Below are positions 1-32,257 of a DNA stretch of 64,000 nucleotides, one piece after another (position 1 is the first letter of the stretch; each line of letters starts with the position of its first letter). A model generated the notes under the pieces. It had not been told where the DNA came from, made no database searches, and saw only the letters and a program-made list of their open reading frames with translations. The DNA comes from Chrysomallon squamiferum. Lineage: Eukaryota; Animalia; Mollusca. The DNA is taken from the NCBI GenBank assembly GCA_012295275.1, contig CM022678.1, positions 2,852,001 through 2,916,000 of the forward strand, written 5' to 3'. The position numbers and the translations under genes are program-made.

Positions 1-329
1 AATAAAAAAGTAAAGTTGATAAACGTATAAGTATATGAATATACAAATAGATTAATATATAAATGAATGAATAAATACATAATCTTAATGGAAATAGAAT
101 CTTTTTTTTTTCTTTTCTTTTTTTGTGTGAATTGGTCATTATAAACCACAAGGAATGTTTATGGGATTTAAATGAAAAGTTTAGTCAAATTCTTTCTTGA
201 TATATGTAGAGCTTATATTTAACTGAACAGTTTTACACAGCTTTCTAAATCTGTTATGATGTCTAAAACTATTTAAGACTTGTTTATAGATCTATATTCT
301 TTTTGTCCATAATAATTAGCTGATAGAAA

Positions 330-960
330 AAATATATTTTATGAAGAAAAATATATTTTTAATATTTCAGAAAGTAGAAAGAATATAATTTTTAAAATAA
401 AAATGCATTTTTAATATTTCTGATTTTTTTAAAGTAAAAATGTTTTTTTGATCTTTCAAATAATATATTTTTTTTTAAAGTAAAAATGTTTTTTTGATCT
501 TTCAAATAATATAAAAAATATGGTTTTTGAAGTTAGAAATGTATTTTTAATCTTTCAGTCTGTATTAAGAATTTTATTTTTTTAAAGCAAAGGTATATTG
601 TAAGTTTTTCAGATAGTATAACAAGTCTGTTTTTCGAAGAATTTTTTTTTTTTTTTCAGATAATATAAAAAATACAGTTACTGAAGTAAAATATTTCAAA
701 TAGTGCAAAACAATTTCAGTTTTTGGAGAATTTTTTTTTTTAATCTTTCAGATCTTATAAATGGTTGTGAAGAAAAACAATTATTGATATTTCAGATAGT
801 TAAAAAAAATGTTTTTTTTTTTTTTTTTGAAGTAAAAGCACATTAACATTTCACATTCTATCAAAGTTCTTTTTGAAGTGGAAATATGTTTTTTAATATT
901 TCAAAGAGAATAAAAAGAAATGACAGGTTTTGACGTAAAAACATATTTTTGATATTTCAG
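330..960 (+). repeat. Degenerate ~50-60 bp tandem repeat containing copies of the tttcag acceptor
   Basis: Recurring tt(t/c)ag-ata(g/a)tat...tttt(g/t)aag(t/c)aaaa units. Confidence 0.6.
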
Positions 961-18479
<17,519 letters not shown>

Positions 18480-20266
18480 GAAAACAAAATAAAATAGAGG
18501 AAAAAACCCAGAAAAAACATAACAAGTTAACTAAATTGTAGAAAATTGGTGAATTTGTTTATTGTTTCAGTTTTAGAAAATAACTACTTGATTTTAGTTT
18601 TCTTGCCATTTTATTTATTTAAAAAAAAATAATAAAAAAAATAAACTTAAAAAAAAATCAGAAGAATTTTAAAAATTATTTTAAAAAGTAGTGAATTTTG
18701 TATTTAAAAAAAGAAAACAATCAAAATAGTTGCATGGAAGAAGACTGTGTGTTTGGTTTTGAATGTGATAAATAATTTATAATAATTTTTGCCACTGTCT
18801 TTATATTTATCATTACCTACCCCATGTATCATTGTTTTCACCCAACAATCCAAAGAGTTGATACATTTTTTTGTAATTTAATCGTTTAAATACTCATTAA
18901 TAATTAACTCTAATTGAATTGTAATTAAATTTAATTCAGAGTTCACAGTTTTATACCCAAATATCTTGAACTTCAAACTGAAATATAAAGACATCAGACT
19001 TCAGTTTACATCACGTATCTAGAACTGTACAAGTTCCATAAGAAAAATTGATAGTTTTGTTTAGAGATGACATTAAATAATTTCAGGACTTAACAATTCA
19101 TTCAGTCTCTTGCAGACTTCATGATTTAGAACTTCAGACAAAAAAAGACTTGCGGACTTCAGAATTTAAACTTCATTATTTTGTATTCTGCAGTAAATTG
19201 GAGGATTTAAGATTTAGATAAGAAAAATGTTTAATAGGATATGGTTTCTTGGTGCATCATATAATTTAAAATATTGTTGTTACTGTTTAAATATTTTAAC
19301 TTTCAAAATTTTAACAACTGTGATTTTGTTTTGCAGTTTTTCACTGTTATGTATATTGTTATTAATTACTGAATATTAATTACATAGATATGTATTAGAG
19401 AAATGCTCAAACAGCACTGTTTGTTAAAATTATCTCTGATATTACAACAGTTGTCAAAAAAAACAAAAAAAACATTTATTAATAGTTGATACGGTATGTT
19501 GTGATATTTGTTATCTATCTATAATTATTTTTCATGTACTGTCATTAATTAAACGTAATTAATAAGTATTTCTTTTGTTATAAAGTATTACTTGAAAAGA
19601 TCATTGATACATTGATAAGTATCATTAACAACACACACTGAAATACTAGTCATGTGATTAGAATCGGGTGCTGTTGAATCCATTGGTCGAATTCACTTGC
19701 TACAACAACAGTGAAGTTGCTGTCAAACTCATCACAAAAAGTGAAAATTTTGTTTAATGGATTTTTGATAAATTAAAATAATAATTCACTTCTCAATAAA
19801 ACAATTCTAGAAATTTAAATGATAATTGCACTAGTTCTTCCAAAATGTACTAATGGTCACATTTGATATATTAACATAGGGCATTAAAAAAATCTTTTCA
19901 GTTGATCCTGATTTTGATTTTATACTGTTTATGTGAAAATTAGTATTATTATTCCATATATTAAGAAAATAACAACAAAAAAACAGTAGTGTAAATAAAC
20001 AAATAAATGTTGAAAACGGTTTAAAAAATGAATTAAAACTATGTTAAATTAATAATAATAGTAATAATAAGGAATTGAAAAGATAAATAATTTGATGTTA
20101 CGTTTTGCAAGTTTAAAGAACAACATTACACTGAGATTAAATTATTATGCACTGTATGAATATTTGCTTCTCCTAATGTCTTTCCCCACGGCATAAATAT
20201 TATTTACTTCACCTTCAATTAATTTTCCTTTATTATTTTCTAATTTATTTACTTGTTTACCTAAAA

Positions 20267-20306
<40 letters not shown>

Positions 20307-21970
20307 TTTATTTTATTTTTATTTATTTATTTATTTATTTATTTATATTTGTTTTTTTTTAAATATTATTTTATGAAAGGGGAGCTAACTATATGAAGCA
20401 CTGAGGTTTTTCTGTTTTAATGTTTTGTCATTCACTTTTAAACACAGGTACAGTGGAAAGTAATTTTTTGAAAACTGTGATAATGGTTACTTGTTTTTAA
20501 ATTATTTTAAAATTAAAAGTTAATAATTTTATTTTATTATTGTTTATTATTATTTATTTATTTATTTAGTTAGTTAGTTTTTAAATTATTTTAACGCCAA
20601 ATTATCATACATTAAAATGTAAAACTTGCATTGCATTTCCATGAATGTTTTAAACACTACATTTGATTAGCTTAATATTTATTTTTGTTTTGCTGTTTAT
20701 ACATTAATTTAAAATCTTTGTCACTTTAAGTGAATGTTACGGTATTTACAATGTTAAATCTGTTTCTTCATAACAAGTATGTTTGATAAAAGTTCATTTA
20801 AAAATGTGTTTAGAAATGAAAAAAAAAAAAACCAAGTTCAAGTAAGAGTTATCGTTCCTGAGTTTGTGTAATTGAGTTGTGTCCCTTACTCATCAGAAAG
20901 GGGAAAAATTGAGTTTCAAAGTTATTTGTATGTATGTATCATTGTGCCAGAGTGTGAATGTAATTTTTGAATGTTATAAAAAAAAAATATCCTCTTCCTC
21001 CACCCCCCAAAATAACTGAAGATTAAAAATGGATAAAACAAACAAATTAAAAATCTTAAGTTAATAACATATGAATATAATGTTTTTCTCTTGTAATCTT
21101 TACTAATACGTTCCCTTAGATGATTGTGTAAACTTTAACGACTGTTTTTAGTTTGTATTTATTGTTGCAGTTGATATTTTGCTGCTCTTACAGTTAGTTG
21201 TGTTTTAGCAGGTTCTCAGTTTTTACAAAACAGTTGTGAGGTTAAAAGATTAAAAAATTTGTCAGTGAATTATGACAGTAGTTAATTGCAGCAGAATTGT
21301 CACGTTTTCACTTCAGATGTTAAAACAACATCGTAGATGGTGCATTTGTTCTTTTATTTACTTTTGTTTTAGTTTTTAAGCATTGTTTTTTTTTTTTGTT
21401 GTTTTTTTGTTTGTGTAATCCCTTTTTAAGTGCTCGATGATCATAAGTGATAATTTTCTAATTTTTATTGAATTAGAATTTTCTGCTTTAGTCGTTTACA
21501 GATCTAGGTTGTTTTTGGTGTCAGGATATAAAAAAAAAAAAAAATGGTTTATATTTATTTATTTATTTATTTATTTTATTTTATAATATTTTTTTTTTTA
21601 TTTATAAATATTTTTTTTTATTTTTATTTTTTTTTAATCATCTCTATTTTGTCTGAATCTTTGCTAATTTGTGATCATTTTTTTTTTTTTTTTCTCTTTT
21701 CTAGGTTTGTTAGTGTTATCATTCCACCGTGTAAAATATATTTTGTTATTTGATTGTATACAAGGATAGTTTATTTAATTAACTGTTTACCTGTTTGCAG
21801 CTTGGGTGTGATTTCGTATTTATTTCTTTTGTCAAGCTTTATTTGAATTTATATATCTGTATTATTAAAGATTGTAGTGTTTATTTTAATAGATACGTGT
21901 TTTTAGAATTTTTATGTGTTAAGATATTTTTTATATATTTTTTTTTTTTTTTTTTTTATTTATTCATTAA

Positions 21971-22018
<48 letters not shown>

Positions 22019-22354
22019 ATTTTATTTTATCTTATTTATTATTTATGGAATATTTTAATATTATTAATTATTTTTTAATTATTATTCTTATTATTACTAC
22101 TACTACTATTATTATTATTTTTTTGCATTATTTTTAACTATTTATTTTTATTTCTTTATGTATTTATTATTATTAAGTGAAACCTAACGTTTTTCTCATG
22201 CCTCTGTGTTTTGGTTTAGACAGTTATATATTTATTGTAAGCTTCCCTAGGACTGGTGATTTTTACAGATGTGCACAAAAAAGTGTCTTTCTTTTCTTTT
22301 TTTCTTTTTTTTTTTTAAATTCATATTTCACTACCTTTGTAAGAAATTAAAACT

Positions 22355-22505
22355 AAATAAATAGTAACACAGTACATAGTTATAAGTATATAAATAAATA
22401 AAATAAATAGTAACACAGCACATAGTTATAAGTATATAAATAAATTAAATAAATAAATAGTAACAGAGTACATAGTTATAAGTATATAAATAAATTAAAT
22501 AAATA
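22355..22505 (+). repeat. Three copies of a ~45-50 bp unit
   Basis: aaatagtaacacagtacatagttataagtatataaataaa repeated. Confidence 0.85.
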
Positions 22506-22761
22506 AAAAGTAAAGGCATTTTTTGTTGTTTACTAAAAAAAAAGTAAATAAACAACAAAATGTATTCCATATTTTATCAACAAATGAGTTGATATTAATT
22601 TTACATTTATTCCATGCAGCGTTAATAATAATTTTATATATTACATTACTTACTAAACATTTGTATTTATATCATTTTAATTAAGTGTAATTAACTCTAG
22701 TTTATTGTTTTGTGTTGGTGCTATTATTTTCTTCTTTTTATTATTATGAATATTATTATCA

Positions 22762-22799
<38 letters not shown>

Positions 22800-23438
22800 T
22801 AAATTATTGTATTTTATTAAAATTTAATATTCTCTTTTAAATTAATTGATAAATAAATATTTTCTGTTCAAGATTTTAATGGTTAGGTTTAATTGTAAAG
22901 GTTTTTTTTTTTCTGTTAATGTACTTGGTTTTCTCACAGTAGAACTAGTTTATGAATAACGACAATAACAACAACAAAAACAACAACAACAACAATAACA
23001 GGTGTAAAAAAAAATATATGATAATAAGTAACTCTCCTGAGGTATTAATATTTATCAGTTCTTACATTACTTTTCACTTTTACTCATTATAAAGTGTTGA
23101 TATTTATTTAAACATTAGATATCGTCATTTATTAACACTTGTATTTACGTAATGTATTAAGAATATATGCCAGTGAATTTTAATGGTGAATTACGTAGAA
23201 TATTTTTAAGCGAATTCCAGGGTAATATTATTCAAATGAAACTGGGAGGAGATTATTCGTTCTGTTTTATACACTTGACAAATGTTTTATTTGATCATCT
23301 CATTTCCCAGTTTTAACTTACAATGTCACCTTTGAAAAAAAATAATAATAATTTCTATTAAAAGAAAGTTTGAATATAGGTTAGAAAGGATTAACGAAGT
23401 TAAAGAAGTTATTATTTATTTTCAAAAAGTTACAATTG

Positions 23439-23475
<37 letters not shown>

Positions 23476-23670
23476 TGGGTTTATCATTAAGAATTTTTCT
23501 TTTCAAAATTAATTACTGATTAACGATTAAATTCTCAATTATTGTTTCAAAAGTAAAAGTCGGATTTCCATTTTTTATTTAGAACTATTATTTTTTTTAT
23601 TTTTTTTTATTTGTTAATTGGGTCTGCAAATTTTGAAGATCGTTTACAATTTAATTTGGATTTATTTTAT

Positions 23671-23708
<38 letters not shown>

Positions 23709-24046
23709 TTTCAAGCATTTTTAAATTGGTGAAATTCAAAAAAAAAATACATATACCTTTTGTTTTTTTTAATCTTGCTGCGTTTGCATTTCCAGTGTTG
23801 TTCTTTTTTATATATCGTTCAGTGTTATAACTAGGTAAATAAACTGCATTTTGCAACAACCTGTTCGTTTGTTTTTTTATACCATAGATTAGTCGATGTT
23901 TGTGTGTGTGTGTGTGTGTGTGTGTCTGTATATAAAACGAACAAAAAAGAAAAGAAAGTGAATGAATAAATAAATATATGAATAAAGTAGGGAGCAAGTA
24001 AGCACATAAATGGTAAATAAAACCAACACAACATTAAAATTTATTT

Positions 24047-24104
<58 letters not shown>

Positions 24105-24639
24105 TTTGTTTCCCTAATATTACACACATCAACAGATAATAATTCTATACCATAATTCTGTAATTAGTTGGTGTGTCTGTACTTGTGTCTTGTATGTGCG
24201 TATGTCTGTCTGTGTGTACGTCTGTCGGTTAGCTTCTGTTTCCAGTAATCATTTCCAGCCTGAACCTCACCAGATTTTGATTATCACAGGCACTGCATAA
24301 CGGCAGCTACTGCTTCTAATTTCTGTTCATTTTTCTTCCTTCAGTTTTCAGTTCCCAGGGCTGCATTATCGACCGAAAGGATAGATTTACAAACTTAATT
24401 TTACAAATCACCTCCAGAGATTAATGAATCTGACCGCACTATATATATACATACACATGTATATGTACATATTTTTATTTTCTTCTGTTTTAATTATTAT
24501 TAAATACAAGTCCATACGTTAGAAATTCAACGCCCGTTTCTCACTGGTTTTTTTTCTCGTTAGCTCTACGCAGCTGGAAAATTTCGTGTCTCAGTTTTGA
24601 ATCCATTTTCTTTAGGAGTCGTTTTTTTTTTCTGTCGCA

Positions 24640-24985
24640 ATGGACGAGAACTCGAAAGTAAGTATTGTAAAGTGTTGTTATTAGCTTCCTGGTGTCTTTT
24701 CTATCTGTCTGTATATTCATTTTGTCTGTCTGCATACAGGTGTTCCGTCGTGCATTAATCATTCCGATTGTCTCTTTGGTTAAATAGTAATCATACTTGT
24801 CTAGTATACCAAGTATTAATTTATTTGTTTGTTTTTTTAAATATTTTTCTTTCTTTCTTTCTATCTTTCTTTCTGAAAAAGAAGAAGAAGAAAAAAGAAC
24901 GTTATTTAAATGCATAAAATGACATTCAGTGAAATAATATACAACTAATCGTTAATACAGATAGTCATTAAAAAATAATAATTTC

Positions 24986-25049
<64 letters not shown>

Positions 25050-25482
25050 GTGTATATATATATATGTATCTATGTGTGTGTATAGAGATAGTTAGATACA
25101 AACATAGATAGATAGATAGAGATATATTCTGTGCTCAACGGCCACACCCAAAAACCAAGTTAATGTCACATGATTCAGTTTCTTGAAAAAAAAAAAAAAA
25201 CACGACACCTCAAAGTAGTTTTAATTATCAACGTGATGCCCTCTGTTACGTTAATGGAGTTTAGTGTTCTGTTTGATATGATGTTACGATCTTGTGGTTG
25301 TTGAGAACTTGTGATTTAACACAGAAACAGAAGAAGGATATTTTATTTCTTTGTGGTTTTTTTTTTTTTTTTTTTTTTTTTTTTCTAATCAGAATCTGAT
25401 GTTGAATAACCCGATATTTTGTTACTGTTAAAAATAACGCGAGTTTCAGTACCAACGACGACGTCAGTAATCATAGTGAAAT

Positions 25483-25575
<93 letters not shown>

Positions 25576-25680
25576 TTTAAAAATTAAATAAATAAATAAA
25601 TACTACTAATAATAATAACCACAACGAGAACAACAAGAAAAACAATAACATCAATAACAACAACAATAACAACGACGACG

Positions 25681-25712
<32 letters not shown>

Positions 25713-26084
25713 AATAATAATAATAATAAAAAACCTCAGACAGACCAGACAGACTACAAGACAAACGGACAGTGACTTTATTTAATTAAGTCTGATTTCT
25801 GCACTTTCTTTGGAAGAAAACAAGAGATGATTCTGACGTCAGAGAATTACCACACGTGATTAAATTAATTAACAAAAGTTCCTGGTCCAGAATAATTAGT
25901 AATTTCAATACGTATGACATTTATCTTATACATTTCAGTGTGTATTTCTTAATAACGTTTATAATAATAATGATGATGATGATGATATAATAATAATTAT
26001 GATAATAATAATATGATGATGATTATTATGATGATGATGATGATTACAACAAATATAGCGTCTATCAACTACAATAACAACAGC

Positions 26085-26125
<41 letters not shown>

Positions 26126-26983
26126 TTACAACAAAACACTAACATCATCTAATAAATAGTGACAAAAAAAAAACTGTCAGAGAATCGGCAATGATGAAGA
26201 GATGATGATGATGATGATGATGATACTTCGTCCCAAGTTCAATAATGCTGCCGAATATATAAACCACCACCACCACCACCACGTCTACCACAACATCTCA
26301 GTCATTATTTGCCATTAAAAATAGAACAATCACGTGACATTCTTTATTTTTTTTTTTCTTGTTTTTAATCTGGTTTTACTTTTCTGTTTCAGGAAACGCC
26401 CATAGAAAACAATGACACCAACTCAACATCGGTCACGAATGAGATTCAAGATCCGAAACCCGAAACAGAAGACGCCGAGGACACGGTAAAACAAAATGAC
26501 GTCACGGAAAACCAGCCTGGGAAAGGTTCGTAGCGTTCTGATTGGCTAATTAATTGAATAAATTATGTTAATGACCTTCAGCCGAAGGGAGATATAATCG
26601 TGTCGCATATTTTCTCAAAATAAATGGAGAATTCTTGAAAAAGGGGAAAACGGAGGTAATAATCAGTAGCAAAAAAAAAAAAAAAAAAAATATTTGACAC
26701 AACAGAAAACAAGGGGAAAAAAAATACTACTACTACTAATAATAATAATTATAATAAAATAAAAAATAATTTTAGAAAAATCAAGAAATAAATGCATTAT
26801 TTATAAAATGATATAGCACTATTTACTACTACTACTTTATTACTACTACTACTGCTGCTACTACTACCCACTACTGCTACTATTAATACTACTACTGCTA
26901 CTACTGCTACTAATGCTAATAATAACAATAATATCAACAAAACCAGCAACGACAACAACCATAATAACAATAATTTAAAATAA

Positions 26984-27017
<34 letters not shown>

Positions 27018-27426
27018 TGAAGTAATTAAAACATCAGGTGTTTCTGAAGACTGTTGCTATGGAAACACTAATGAACATCTCTGATTAATCTGGCGGCGTG
27101 AGGTCATTCTAGCTCGGAGAGAAGAGATAAGTGCTTTTGTTTGTTTTGTCCAGCCTTTGTTCTTAGTCGCAGCTCAGATTATAAAGCGTTCACTGAGAGA
27201 GGGAGTCAGATGATGTCAGACGCACAGAGATATAACACTCTTGAAATTTCCAACAGTGTTTATATATACACCGCTTACTGACTTACATGGTTCTGAACTG
27301 CCCTACTAAGCACTGCGAAAACGAACATACATACATATGTACGTACTTACAAATACATACATATCTGACGGGTTTGTGAGGTCGTGAATGGACTTTGTCC
27401 TCCTGCGCCAGTGCGTTCACGAATAT

Positions 27427-27519
<93 letters not shown>

Positions 27520-27598
27520 TCATACACATGCATACCTTCTACTACTATTACTACTACTACTACTAATAAAAATTATTATTTCATCATCATCATCATCA

Positions 27599-27629
<31 letters not shown>

Positions 27630-28189
27630 AAAAAATAAAGAAAGCCGTTTATTAAATTCAGCTGGGACACCTAATTCTTGCTGCTGTACAATTTTTCTGA
27701 TTTCAGGGAAGAAGAAGCGGTTATCGAAAGGTCGTGACCTCGGTAAGAAGAAGAACGAAAAAGAGGCTGACTTAGAAAACCCGCAGATCTGTGACTATCA
27801 ATCCGGACACGGGTCGTTTGACAAGCTGCACTGGTTCTTCATTATCATCGCGGTCGTCGTCGGCATTGCCTTGATAGTCGTCCTCCTCTACTTCACAGGT
27901 AGCGGCCTTTCTGACACGACGTCGCAACATTTCATAGTAACATATTAGTTAAGTTTATTTGTACGAAATGATACGTGAAACAGGAATCCACCTTCAGTTA
28001 TTTTTGTTCCAGCGTTTTGCTGGCACATCAACTATACAATTAATATATTTTAAAAAAAATATATATATATAAACAACCAACCAACAAGCAAACAAATAAA
28101 TGTGTGTGTAAATACATTATAAACTGTTTTTAATGTATATATGATATGTCTGTCTACCTTCCAGTCTCTGTTTCTTTGTGCTTATGTTT

Positions 28190-28284
<95 letters not shown>

Positions 28285-28712
28285 TATTTTATAATGTTTG
28301 AAATAATTAATTGTAATATTTTTTAAAATCTGTATTTCCAGTGATTAAAGGAATTTTGGAAAAACAGAAAGTTCTGGTAAATGAAGATGGAGTTTCCGAT
28401 TCTGTACTGAGTAAGTAATTTAACTGCAATATTTATCTGTCTCTTTTTTTTTTCTTTTTTTTTTTATCAGTCTGTCTATTTGTCTGTGACCGTCTTTCTA
28501 TCTATCTGTTAACCAGTCTACTTTTCTGTCTGTCTCTGAATATCTTTCTACCGATCTATATGTCTGTATGTCTGTGTATGTGTTTTGTTGTTTGACTCAA
28601 TGGTCTGATGATAAACATATACTTGAATAATTCTTTCATAAAATTATTTTTATCTGTTTCAGTTGACAAAGCTTTTTCAACGGCTTCGGGATTGATCATG
28701 TTCACCGGTCTG

Positions 28713-28768
<56 letters not shown>

Positions 28769-30228
28769 TGAGCACTTTTACTATCAATACTATTATTACT
28801 ACTATTACTACCACTTTCACTATCACTACTATTGCTACTATTAGTGTCCTTTTGCTATCAATATTATCACTGCCATAACTACTACTATTACTTCTTCTAC
28901 TACTACTACTATTTATAATCATATTTCTACATTTACTACAGCTACTGCACATAATACTCTACTGCTACTACTTCTGCTACCGCAACTAACATTACTACTA
29001 TTATTACTACTCCTACTACTACTACTAATAAAAATAATGATACTATTACTGCTACTGTTTCTACTACTAATAATAATAATGATAAAGAAAACGACTAGAA
29101 ATTTTAATTATGACGATAATGCGTAATACCTTTAATTCAACATTATTTAATGAATTAATCTTCGTCTTTAACAAGTGACGACGTCTACGTCCGTACGTGG
29201 ATACGTCTGTCTGCAACACCAACAACGACGTGACGAAATTAGAGACCTGTCGTAAACACGTCCCAGTATTATCTGATACCAGACATCTGAACAGCGCGAA
29301 CGTTTAACAGAAAAGTCGCTTTTTCACAAGTTTTCGGTTTTGATCAGTTCCTTTTTGTTAAAACAGAACAGTTTTTAAAGGTTTGTTGTGTAAGTTAAAT
29401 GTAAGGTAATGCAATTTAATGTAATTGTTGTTTTTATTGTAATGAAGACGCCACAACTGAGAGAGTAACTCGACCGTCAAAACAGGACATGTTACGAGGA
29501 GGTCGGGGAAGAACCACAACAACAGGTACATCCGTCTGTCTGTCTGTCTGTCTGTCCGTCCGTCCGTCCGTCTGTCTGTCTCTCTGTCTGTCTGTCTGAC
29601 TGTCTGTCTGTCTGACTGACTGTCTGTCTGTCAATCTGTCTGTCTGTCTGTCTGGCTGTCTGGCTGTCTGTCTGTCAGTCTGTCTGTCTGCCTGTCTGTA
29701 TGTATGTATGTCAGTCTGTCAGTCTGTCTGTCTGTCTGTCTGCTTCAGTCGACTGTTGTTATCGTAGTTGGTGTTTCTGTCATTACTGGTGCAATTTGTT
29801 TTATTATTTACGTTATTATTACTGTTACTATTTACTACTTACTACTAATACTACTACTACAACAACTACTACAACTGCTGCTACCTATTACTACTACTAC
29901 TACTATTTATCACTACTAATTACTGCTACTACTACTACTACCACCACAACAACTACTACTTCTACTACTATTATTATTACTGATACTTGTTATTGTGTAT
30001 GTATTCATGAACGTACGTAGGTACGTATATATATCTATGTATGTATGTATGTATGTATGTATGTATGTATGTATGTATGTATGTATGTATTTTTATTAGC
30101 GTGTTTATTTATATGTGTATGTATAAATGTGTGTTTTTCTGTCTGTACGTTTTTGTTCATATAATATGTGTTTTTTCTCTTTTTTTTTCTTCTTTTTTTT
30201 TTTTTCAGAAGCTTCTGGTGGAAAATAA
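24640..30228 (+). CDS. Uncharacterised ~184-aa single-pass (probably type II) membrane protein; exons 24640-24657, 26393-26525, 27707-27898, 28342-28410, 28663-28707, 29448-29525, 30209-30228
   Basis: Seven GT-AG-bounded segments join without frameshift or stop (555 nt): MDENSK-ETPIENNDTN...QPGK-GKKKRLSKG...LHWFFIIIAVVVGIALIVVLLYFT-VIKGILEKQKVLVNEDGVSDSVL-IDKAFSTASGLIMFT-DATTERVTRPSKQDMLRGGRGRTTTT-EASGGK*. Confidence 0.75.
26393..26525 (+). CDS. Orphan gene exon 2, acidic/polar low-complexity segment
   Basis: Long pyrimidine tract + ttcag, GC-richer open frame, ag/gttcgt donor. Confidence 0.75.
27053..27066. promoter_or_regulatory. RFX X-box-like motif GTTGCTATGGAAAC
   Basis: Close match to the GTTNCCATGGNAAC-type consensus; lies in a conserved-looking intronic patch. 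Confidence 0.45.
27707..27898 (+). CDS. Orphan gene exon 3, basic cluster plus transmembrane helix
   Basis: ttcag / gtagcg; WFFIIIAVVVGIALIVVLLYF written with mixed codons, so not a microsatellite translation. Confidence 0.82.
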
Positions 30229-31324
30229 TATCTGGCAGATTTTAGCAGATGAAGATAATTACATTTTCAACTTGGAAAAACAATTCTAAATTATTTACCA
30301 AAACTGATTTAAATCTAAAATTAAATTATATTTAACAACATTAGTTTATCTTAGTACGTAATCTTCGAAATTTTATAATCTAAGTTAAAGTGTTTGAAGA
30401 TTTGAAAATATTTTGCATAAATATCGCTATTTGTTTGTTGATGTTGTTTTCTAAATATTAATTTAATTGTAACGTAATTTAATGTCTAGATGTTGACTGA
30501 AATGTTTTCTGGAATATTATCCTCTGTTTATTAATTTGTGGTCTGCTGTTTAGTACAAAGTCAAAGTTGTGTGTAGCAAACATCAAAATTTTGACCTAAA
30601 AGATTTTATTTGTAACGTTTGCAGAATATTTATTTGTAGCGTACCTTAAACTCGTGACTTCATATAACATTATTTTTTTGTAACGCATCTTAAAACCTTG
30701 TCGTCATTCTTTTTCCTTTTTAAAGAACATTTTAAAATCTTGCCTACAGTGTTTTTACCGATTTTTGTAACGAACTTTAAAATCATATTTCTTATTTGTA
30801 ACGCATTTTAGAAACCTGTTTACAAGTATTTGTAACGTTATTTAAAATGAGGTCACTAACATGAAAATCTTATTCCAACAAAGTAAGTTATTTGCAAAAT
30901 ACTTAAAATGAAGTTATAACTTTTTTTTATTTATTTATTTGAAAATCTTTTAAATGTAAATTTTTTGGCATAGTATTTTACAATTAAGTTACTAATTTTT
31001 TTTTATTTGAAAATATTGTTCTCATAATATTTTTTTCATAAAAACGTATTTGAAATTCTGATCTACGCAACGTTTATTTATCTGTAATGTACTGCAAAAC
31101 ATTTTCTATGTAGTGTAGTTATTATGTGTAATATTACTATCAACAGAAGACTAACTTGCAAATGGAACTTTCTCTTATTACCTTCATTTGAAACCGTTAA
31201 ATATCCTAGCAGTTTTTTTTTTTCTTTTCTTGTTTTCGAAATATGATAAAGTAAAAAAAAAAAAAAAAAAATATCGGACTCTGCGAATGAACAAAAACAA
31301 AAGCAGAACACGTAAAGAAGATAT

Positions 31325-31404
<80 letters not shown>

Positions 31405-32196
31405 AATAGCCAGCATGAATAAAAATAAATTCCTGATGACAGACACATTAGTATTGCTAAACTGTTACTGTTTAAATTTGCCTTTTTATTTACACATCTA
31501 CTTAGTTTATTTGTTTGCTCAGATTAAATTAATGATAAAGATTCTAACGTAGAAATTTCCACACTAAGTTAGTTATACCTTTAAGTGCCTCACTGATTTT
31601 AGTTTTTTGTAAATTATAATACACAAGGGCACACGCGCACAAATGTACAAAAATATATCACTGATAACGACAAAAAACAGATTGGAAAGTCCACAGATAA
31701 CTGGGTTTTCATGAACAGAATTAAGTATTTAGTTATCTTGTTTTGTGTTGTAATTACTCAAATAAAAATTTAAAATCAAATTTATTGAATTTTTTATTTT
31801 TATTTTATTTTATTATCATTATTGGGCGGTTTTTTTTTTTTTTTTTTTTTTGCTATTGCTTTTAACTAAAGATAAAGTGTATAATAAATAGTTTTCAATT
31901 CTGATTAACCTCTGTGCATGTGCGCGCGTTTGTGTGTGTGTGTGTATATCTGTCAGTGTGTATCTGTCTCATTCTCGCTGTCGCTCTTTCGTTCTATTTT
32001 TCAACGGTTTTTTTTTTTTTTTTTTTTTCTCTCAACGTATATTTCGTGGCTTATAAAGAACGACAACTCTCCTTCTACATAATAATGAAGTTAAGATTTC
32101 GATGTTGGATTATTTCCCCTCAACAATAAGGTTGGCCATGACAAATACGATCTTTATTATGTTGGTTTCCATTAACGTTAATTATTCTTAATCTGC

Positions 32197-32257
32197 TGAC
32201 GTCACATTTGTTCTGATCATTGATTATTACTTGTGAATCTGCAGTAACCATGGAAAC
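32197..32257. promoter_or_regulatory. CRE (TGACGTCA) plus X-box-like GTAACCATGGAAAC upstream of ELH-like gene 1
   Basis: motif matches at 32197-32204 and 32244-32257. Confidence 0.4.
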
